From contig CAVUWY010000002.1 of the NCBI GenBank assembly GCA_963745405.1, positions 533,013 through 597,012 of the forward strand: a stretch of DNA of 64,000 nucleotides, in the 5' to 3' direction. A program made the translations under genes and the position numbers. The stretch comes from an uncultured Chloroflexia bacterium (GTDB lineage Bacteria > Chloroflexota > Limnocylindria > Limnocylindrales > CSP1-4). Below, piece by piece: positions 58,591-64,000 of the stretch. Positions within the stretch are counted from its first letter, which is position 1, and each line of letters begins with the position of its first letter. Under the pieces are notes generated by a model, which ran no database searches, was not told the origin of the DNA, and worked only from the letters and a program-made list of their open reading frames with translations.

Positions 58591-60131
58591 TTGACCTTCG
58601 TCCAAGGCCGGATGCTGAGATTGTCGATTTCTGGCGCGATGCCGCCGCGGTTGGTGAAGGTCAGCGTGGAGCCTTTCAGCGCCCAGTCGAGCCAGTACGG
58701 GGGCGTGACGTTGCATGCCGATAGCGGGCAGCCCTGGAGCTTCGCCTCCGTCGGCCCGTCGGGCACGAAGTAGACGGTCTGGCCGGTTCCCCGCAGGAGG
58801 CCGGCCTCGACCACGACCGCGGTGTTCGCCGTGATGTTGCCGCAATCGACGCCGGGGTCGGAGATCGCCCGGCAGCTCACCGCGTACGTGCCGTCCTTGA
58901 CCGTGAGCGTCCAGGTGCCGGTGAGGCCAAAGTCGTTGCTGATGCCGGCTTTCTCGACATCCGCGATCGTGATCTGGTCCCGGTAGGTGCCCACTGGGAG
59001 CGTTGATACAGCGGTTGGGATCGAGGGCGATGGGCTCGGCGCGGCCACCGTTCGGCAGCTCGCCGGCACATCTGGGACGTCGGTCTCGGGGTGCCGGGCG
59101 GCGATCGCCTGGATCTTTGCCAGCAAGGGGCCGTTTATGGAGTCGGCCGCCAGCGCGCTGATGACCGGGGTCACGGCGGCGTGGAGGGCCGCCAGTTGCG
59201 AAGAGCTTGCGTCGACGAAGCTGACGCCGGCATCGCACAGCAGCCTAGCAGCGGTCGTCTCGTCGTAGGTCGCGTCGACAGACGCCTTGACGCCGGCGGC
59301 CGCCGCGTCCTGGACCCAGCTGCGCTGCTGGTCGGTCAGCGAGTCCCAGCGCTTCTGGCTCAGCGAGAGCACGAACACCTTGGGCCACAACACGACGTTG
59401 GCGGTCACGTACGGAGCCTCGGTCGTGTACCCGTTGAGCGCGTATTGATTGATGTCGAACTCGGCTCCGCGAAGCTGCCCGGACGCGATCTTGTCGGTCC
59501 AATCCGAGCCGACCTCCACGGGGCTGCCGCCGAGTGCCCGGATGGTGTCGTCCTGGACCGGCGAGTTGAGCGACCGGAACGAGATCCCCTGCCAGTCAGC
59601 CGGATCAAGCAGGGGGCCTTTCGCCGCGAACGGTCTGCGCAGCGGGCCGACGGCGAGCCCGAGCCCGACCACGCCGGTCCCGTGCAATTGCGCGAGCAGC
59701 TCTGTGCCGACCGGCCCCGACACGAGGTCCTTCTCGGCCGCATAGCTGGTAAGGGTCATCGGGGCCTCGACGGCGCCCAGACCACGGACCCCTGCGTTGG
59801 CGAATGCGCGGACCGATGGAAACCCTCCATCGAGCTCGCCCGAGATGATCGCGTGGACGAGCTTGGTCTCCGAGTCCGCCCCGCCTCCCGCGTAGTTGGT
59901 GCTGAGGTCAGCCTTGATCCGGCCGCCGGACACGGATTCGAGGCTGTCGAGGAACATCTTGGGACCCGGGGCCAGGTACTGCACCTTGGACGTGTCGTTC
60001 TCCGCCATGTGCAGGACCAGGGTCTGTGAACCGGCCTTGTCGACAATCGCCGGCGGCGGCTGGCCCCCACATCCGGCGAGAGTGACGCCCAAAGCCAGGA
60101 TCGTGACGACACGGATCGATCGCCTGTTCAT
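58587..60131 (-). CDS. DctP-like (TRAP-type) solute-binding lipoprotein with extra Cys-rich C-terminal domain
   Basis: MNRRSIRVVTILALGVTLAGCGG lipobox. DWQGISFRSLNSPVQDDTIRALGGSPVEV and GQLRGAEFDINQYALNGYTTEAPYVTANVVLWP fit the DctP pattern. The C-terminal ~170 aa is an unrelated domain with 6 Cys. Confidence 0.7.
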   Translation of the reverse strand: MNRRSIRVVTILALGVTLAGCGGQPPPAIVDKAGSQTLVLHMAENDTSKVQYLAPGPKMFLDSLESVSGGRIKADLSTNYAGGGADSETKLVHAIISGELDGGFPSVRAFANAGVRGLGAVEAPMTLTSYAAEKDLVSGPVGTELLAQLHGTGVVGLGLAVGPLRRPFAAKGPLLDPADWQGISFRSLNSPVQDDTIRALGGSPVEVGSDWTDKIASGQLRGAEFDINQYALNGYTTEAPYVTANVVLWPKVFVLSLSQKRWDSLTDQQRSWVQDAAAAGVKASVDATYDETTAARLLCDAGVSFVDASSSQLAALHAAVTPVISALAADSINGPLLAKIQAIAARHPETDVPDVPASCRTVAAPSPSPSIPTAVSTLPVGTYRDQITIADVEKAGISNDFGLTGTWTLTVKDGTYAVSCRAISDPGVDCGNITANTAVVVEAGLLRGTGQTVYFVPDGPTEAKLQGCPLSACNVTPPYWLDWALKGSTLTFTNRGGIAPEIDNLSIRPWTKVN

Positions 60132-60255
60132 TCGCGCTTCTCCTGCGCCTGCTAGACAGACGGAGGCTAGCGGCCGGGACCGCCTCGACCCAGCGGGCTG
60201 ACTCGGCTCTCACTGTGGACAACACGGGTGTCCGACCAGCATCCCCCCGCGCACA

Positions 60256-61983
60256 ATGCCACGCATGGCAAGCGCCGTCAGGCCGCTGGTCCCACGCGCC
60301 CCGCGGCCGGTCGGGCCGGCGGCCGCTGCGCTGTCGGTGACGGTGCTCATGCTGACGGTGGCCGTGTCGTCGCCGTCGTACCAGACGTCACCCTTTGAGC
60401 AGGCGCTCCCCGATTGGCTCGTCGGGCTCGGCATCGCCGCGGGCGCCGCGCTCGCGGCGGCATGCTGGGTTGAGCGTGACGCACGGCCGGCCGTCGCCGT
60501 CGGTCTGACCGTCACAGCCGTCGCCCTATTCGTCCCGATGTGGGCCGGGTGGTCCTGGCTGCCGGCGGCCGCCCAGGCGTGGGCGCTGGCGGTTGCGCCT
60601 CTCGCCGTCGCTGGGGCGGCGCAGGTCGGGATGCGGTGGTCGCGTGACCGGCCGGCGTCGCTGGCGCTCCGCGTCGTGTGGGCGCTGACGATCGCGGCCG
60701 TCGTCGTCCACGCGACTGGGTACGACCCGCTGGCGGATCCGGACTGCACCCGGACATGCGCCGAGGCCCTGCCCATGGCCGCGGGGCTGGTCTCGACGCA
60801 GACGTCCCTCGCGATCGTGACCGCGCTGATCGCGGTCGCGGGCGTCGTCGCAGCGATCGGGCTAGCGCCAGCCTTCGCATCCGGCAGGCCTCGCGGGATC
60901 GTCCTCGCGTCGCTGATCGCCGTCGGCCTGCTCGTGTGGCCGTGGATCGTCCGGGCTCTCACACCGACGAGTCCGCCCTCGCCGACCGATCAGATCTGGC
61001 CGGGCGCCGTCGCCGGTCTGATCCTCGGGGCAGCGCCGATGGTAGCGACACTCCGTGTGCGCGAGATCCGGGGTGATATGCAGCGACTGGTCGGCCAGCT
61101 CTCGGGATCCGGTTCGACGGGCAACCCAGCCTTCGACACCCCGTGGGGAATTGAGTTCGCCGTCCCGGGCGACGATCGGTGGGTGGACGCGGTTGGCGAC
61201 CCGATCGAACGCGAGGCCGAATCCCGCCGTTCGGTGGTGGTGTCCGACGCCGCCGGACCCGTGCTCCGGCTCCGGCTCGGCCCAGGCGACGATCCCGGCG
61301 ACATCCTGGCCGCTCTCACGCCTGCCACGATGTTTGCGCTGCGCAACGCGCGCCTGGCGGCCGTGAGTCGGGCGCGGTTGGCAGAGGTGCGGGCCTCGCA
61401 GCGGCGCATCGTGGCGGCCTCGGACGCAGAACGGGAGCGGATCGAGCGCGACCTGCACGATGGCGCGCAACAGCGCCTGGTCAGTGCGGCGTTCCATTTG
61501 AGCCTCGCGCGCCATCGGCTACCGGTGTCCGACGGCGCGGCAGATGCCGGGCTGGCGGACGCCGACGCCGCGCTCCGCGGAGCGCTCGCGCGGCTCCGAA
61601 CCCTTGGCCACGGCATCTTCCCCGCCGTACTCACGGTCGAGGGACTCGCCGCCGCATTGGAGGACCTCGCTCGCGACAGCGAGGTCCCAACCACCCTGGA
61701 CGTGCCCGACCTGGACCTGGACCGCGACGTCGCGGCCGCTGCTTATGCCGTGGTGGCTGCGGCTTTCGCGGCCGCCGCGCGGGCGGGCGCGTCCTCGACA
61801 GCCGTTTCGGCATCGATCGTCGACGGTAGCCTCCGCCTCGTCGTGCGGTTGAGCGGCGACGCCATCGAGGCGCATGCTGACTTCGTCGATGTTGCCGATC
61901 GCGTCGGCGCCCTCGGCGGCCACCTCGTCCTCGAATTGGTCGAGAGCGGCGTCCGGGTGAGTGCGGAGGTCCCGTGCGCGTAG
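60256..61983 (+). CDS. NarL-class sensor histidine kinase paralog B: canonical H-box, degenerate ATP-binding domain
   Basis: ORF 575 aa. Multi-TM N-terminus; H-box ASDAERERIERDLHDGAQQRL. The C-terminal domain reads AAAFAAAARAGAS / RLSGDAI / ADFVDVADRVGALGG where the N, G1 and G2 boxes are expected. Confidence 0.8.
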   Translation: MPRMASAVRPLVPRAPRPVGPAAAALSVTVLMLTVAVSSPSYQTSPFEQALPDWLVGLGIAAGAALAAACWVERDARPAVAVGLTVTAVALFVPMWAGWSWLPAAAQAWALAVAPLAVAGAAQVGMRWSRDRPASLALRVVWALTIAAVVVHATGYDPLADPDCTRTCAEALPMAAGLVSTQTSLAIVTALIAVAGVVAAIGLAPAFASGRPRGIVLASLIAVGLLVWPWIVRALTPTSPPSPTDQIWPGAVAGLILGAAPMVATLRVREIRGDMQRLVGQLSGSGSTGNPAFDTPWGIEFAVPGDDRWVDAVGDPIEREAESRRSVVVSDAAGPVLRLRLGPGDDPGDILAALTPATMFALRNARLAAVSRARLAEVRASQRRIVAASDAERERIERDLHDGAQQRLVSAAFHLSLARHRLPVSDGAADAGLADADAALRGALARLRTLGHGIFPAVLTVEGLAAALEDLARDSEVPTTLDVPDLDLDRDVAAAAYAVVAAAFAAAARAGASSTAVSASIVDGSLRLVVRLSGDAIEAHADFVDVADRVGALGGHLVLELVESGVRVSAEVPCA

Positions 61984-62618
61984 TCATCGCCGACGATGTG
62001 ATGCTCGTGCGCTCGGGCCTGGCCAGGCTACTCGGCGACGCGGGGGTCGAGGTCGTCGGCGAGGCGGCCGATGTGGACGGGCTGTTGGCCCTTGTCGCGC
62101 GCCAGCAGCCGGAGGTTGCCGTTGTCGACATCCGTATGCCACCGACGCACAGCGACGAGGGCCTGGTCGCGGCCCGCCGGATCCGCGACGACTACCCGTC
62201 GACTGCGGTCGTGCTGCTCAGCCAGTACCTCGAGCCGCGGTATGCGGAGCGCCTCCTGGCCGACCAGCCGGGCGGCCTCGGCTACCTGCTCAAGGAGCGC
62301 GTCTCGAACATCGCGGTACTGGTTGACGCCCTGCGCCGCGTCGCCGAGGGCGAGTGCGTCATCGATCCGACGATCGTCGCCCGGCTGATGCGTGGCCGGC
62401 GCCAGGATTCGCCGCTCGGGCGGCTCACCGGGCGGGAACGCGACATCCTCGCGCTGATGGCCGAGGGACGCTCGAACGCAGGGATCGCTCACGAACTCGG
62501 GATAAGCGAGCGGACGGTCGAGGCTGCGACGGCCGTTGTGTTCCAGAAGCTCGACCTGGAGCCGTCACCGGACCTCAACCGCCGCGTGCTCGCCGTACTG
62601 ACGCTGCTGCGCCGCTGA
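61974..62618 (+). CDS. NarL/LuxR-family response regulator
   Basis: GTG 61974 after GGAGG, overlapping the kinase B stop by 10 nt. Receiver domain (VVIADD...VAVVDIRMPP...LLSQ) plus LuxR HTH (LTGRERDILALMAEGRSNAGIAHELGISERTVE). Confidence 0.9.
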   Translation: MRVVIADDVMLVRSGLARLLGDAGVEVVGEAADVDGLLALVARQQPEVAVVDIRMPPTHSDEGLVAARRIRDDYPSTAVVLLSQYLEPRYAERLLADQPGGLGYLLKERVSNIAVLVDALRRVAEGECVIDPTIVARLMRGRRQDSPLGRLTGRERDILALMAEGRSNAGIAHELGISERTVEAATAVVFQKLDLEPSPDLNRRVLAVLTLLRR

Positions 62619-62796
62619 CCATGGCTCCGCTTCTTGGAGAGCGGCCCGGGCCGTCGCTGACTGAGTCGAACGAGGTTCGAGTCGGCCGAGGGACGCTTGG
62701 CCAGGCGCGTCAGATGCGAGGTCGTCGTATTCGCTGGCGAAACAGCACCGGGCGCTGCTCAGCAGCGTCAACGCCAGGCACCACGTCGTGGTCGGC

Positions 62797-64000
62797 TCAG
62801 CCCAGCCGGCGCATCCCGGCATGACCGAGCTGGCGGACGCCGGTCGGCGGCTCGGGCCCACCGGCCGTGGCGGCCGCCTCCGGTAGCGCCCGCGCCGCGT
62901 GGGCGACGATGTTGACGACGTTGCCCTCCCGCTGGAGCTCTCCGTCGACGAGCAGCAGGGCGTGGCGGCGGACGACGGTGCGGAGCCGAGCCCACGTGTC
63001 CGGCCACAGGGTGACATTGGCCATCCCGGTCTCGTCCTCGAGGGCGAGGAAGACCGTCCCCCGGGCGGTCATCGGGTGCTGGCGGGTGACGACGAGACCG
63101 CCGATCCGGACCCGGCCGGGTCGTCGCTCGGCGAGGGCGGCATTCGTCACGGCCCCGAGCCGCTCGAGCGCGGGCCGGAACAGGCCGACGACCTGGCGAC
63201 GGGCGTCGAGCCCGATCACCGCGTAGGAATCACCCAGCCGTTCCGTCTCGGACAGCCCGGGGAGTGGTGGCGCATCGGTGGCCGGCAGGCGGAGGTCGGC
63301 GGGCCGGCCGGCTGCCCGCCGCGCCACCCTCGCGGCCGCTCGTCCCTTCGTGGCGCCGGCTACTTCGCGGAGCTGCCACAGGAGCTCCCGCCGCGGACGC
63401 CCGAGTGAGTCGAGACCCCCGACCCGGATCAGTCGCTCGATGACCTCCTCGGCGAACCCGGTCCGTTCGACGACGTCGGCGAGATCGCGGTACGCCCCTC
63501 GGGCGAGCTCGGCATCGAGCCGTTCGGCCTGCTCCTTGCCGATCCCCTTCACGAGCCCGAGCCCGAGCCGGACCCCCCAGCCCGGTGCGCTCTCCGCCGC
63601 CCATCGACCGCGGGCCGCGGCCGACGGCATGACGCAGGCGGGCGAGAGGACCGGAGCGGGCCGCCGGTCGATTCCCACGCCCGGCGGCAGCGGCTCGCCG
63701 TCGAGCGCGGTCCGCGCCGAGGCAGTTCGGGCGTCGACCGCGCGGCTATCCGCACCATGATTAGCAGGCGCGTTATGGAGTCGATCTGCCGATGCCCGGG
63801 GCGTCCGACCGCGATCTGAATGGTCGGATGCCGCACGGATCGAGCTGGCGACCTGCGCCGTCGGTCGGGCACGAGCTTCGTCGGCGGACTGCAAGGCCGG
63901 CGCGACCCCCGGATGAGCGCTCGCTAGTACCGGGGTGGATATCTGGGCCACAGAGGGAACGCCCGTTGCTGCGGCACTCCCCGGCATCGCCCAGCCCGGC
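62797..64000 (-). CDS. dnaE2: error-prone DNA polymerase DnaE2-like, C-terminal part (runs off window edge; upstream portion looks degenerate)
   Basis: From about 63560 down to the stop: VRLGLGLVKGIGKEQAERL...LDSLGRPRRELLWQL...PLPGLSETERLGDSYAVIGL...RIGGLVVTRQHPMTARGTVFLALEDETGMANVTLWPDTW...LLVDGELQREGNVVNIVA, which is the HhH plus OB C-terminus of DnaE2. Above 63560 only a faint, eroded resemblance remains. Confidence 0.65.
   Translation of the reverse strand, partial: PGWAMPGSAAATGVPSVAQISTPVLASAHPGVAPALQSADEARARPTAQVASSIRAASDHSDRGRTPRASADRLHNAPANHGADSRAVDARTASARTALDGEPLPPGVGIDRRPAPVLSPACVMPSAAARGRWAAESAPGWGVRLGLGLVKGIGKEQAERLDAELARGAYRDLADVVERTGFAEEVIERLIRVGGLDSLGRPRRELLWQLREVAGATKGRAAARVARRAAGRPADLRLPATDAPPLPGLSETERLGDSYAVIGLDARRQVVGLFRPALERLGAVTNAALAERRPGRVRIGGLVVTRQHPMTARGTVFLALEDETGMANVTLWPDTWARLRTVVRRHALLLVDGELQREGNVVNIVAHAARALPEAAATAGGPEPPTGVRQLGHAGMRRLG

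Noticed and set aside
60217-60233. GGACAACACGGGTGTCC upstream of kinase B shares the 10-mer ACACCCGTGT (reverse strand) with the core of the ~220-nt elements
   Set aside because: A single 10-nt match in GC-biased DNA is within chance expectation, and no other part of the element is present.
62666-62680. SOS-box-like palindrome TCGAAC-gag-GTTCGA near dnaE2
   Set aside because: The spacer is 3 nt, whereas LexA boxes of Gram-positives have GAAC-N4-GTTC. The site also lies downstream of both convergent genes (the 3' ends of the response regulator and dnaE2), not in a promoter. It may simply be a small terminator hairpin.
62655-62700. tRNA-like T-loop sequence GGTTCGAGTC
   Set aside because: The flanking bases cannot form a T-stem, acceptor stem or anticodon arm, so there is no cloverleaf.

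Overview
Very GC-rich (third codon positions almost all G/C) chromosomal segment from a high-GC Gram-positive-like bacterium, possibly deep-branching Actinomycetota or Chloroflexota (F420-type enzymes, Flp pilin). I support about 58 protein-coding genes. I found no rRNA, tRNA, CRISPR array, transposase or integrase. The content is mostly housekeeping, in a Bacillus-like order: pth-mfd; pgpH-like/ybeY; rpsU-yqeY; lepA-hemW-hrcA-grpE-dnaK...dnaJ-prmA with a perfect CIRCE operator; gap-pgk-eno; rpsT. Accessory blocks are interleaved with these.

Most interesting observations:
1. Two paralogous NarL-type sensor kinases have reciprocal catalytic defects. One lacks the phospho-His and the other lacks the ATP-binding boxes. 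They flank an orphan TRAP-type binding protein and sit upstream of a single LuxR-family regulator, which suggests an obligate hetero-kinase system.
2. Two homologous noncoding elements of about 220 nt, in direct orientation, bracket a BNR-propeller / MoaD-like / EEP cassette. A 19-nt tandem repeat lies next to the first copy.
3. mfd carries four +1 frameshifts within about 600 nt. A P1B-5-type, hemerythrin-tailed metal ATPase carries one -1 frameshift.
4. A 47-nt exact duplicate of the uracil-DNA glycosylase 3' end flanks an inserted lipoprotein gene.
5. The dnaE2-like gene at the right edge has an eroded polymerase core, and a short remnant of its 3' end recurs 7 kb away.

Other oddities: an S20 with a long Ala/Lys-rich tail, a dehalogenase-fold protein lacking its nucleophile that is coupled to a 471-aa nitroreductase-like protein, and a 1198-aa lamin-tail/OB-repeat surface protein.

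Many long ORFs in the track are out-of-frame or antisense shadows typical of GC-rich DNA and are not called.
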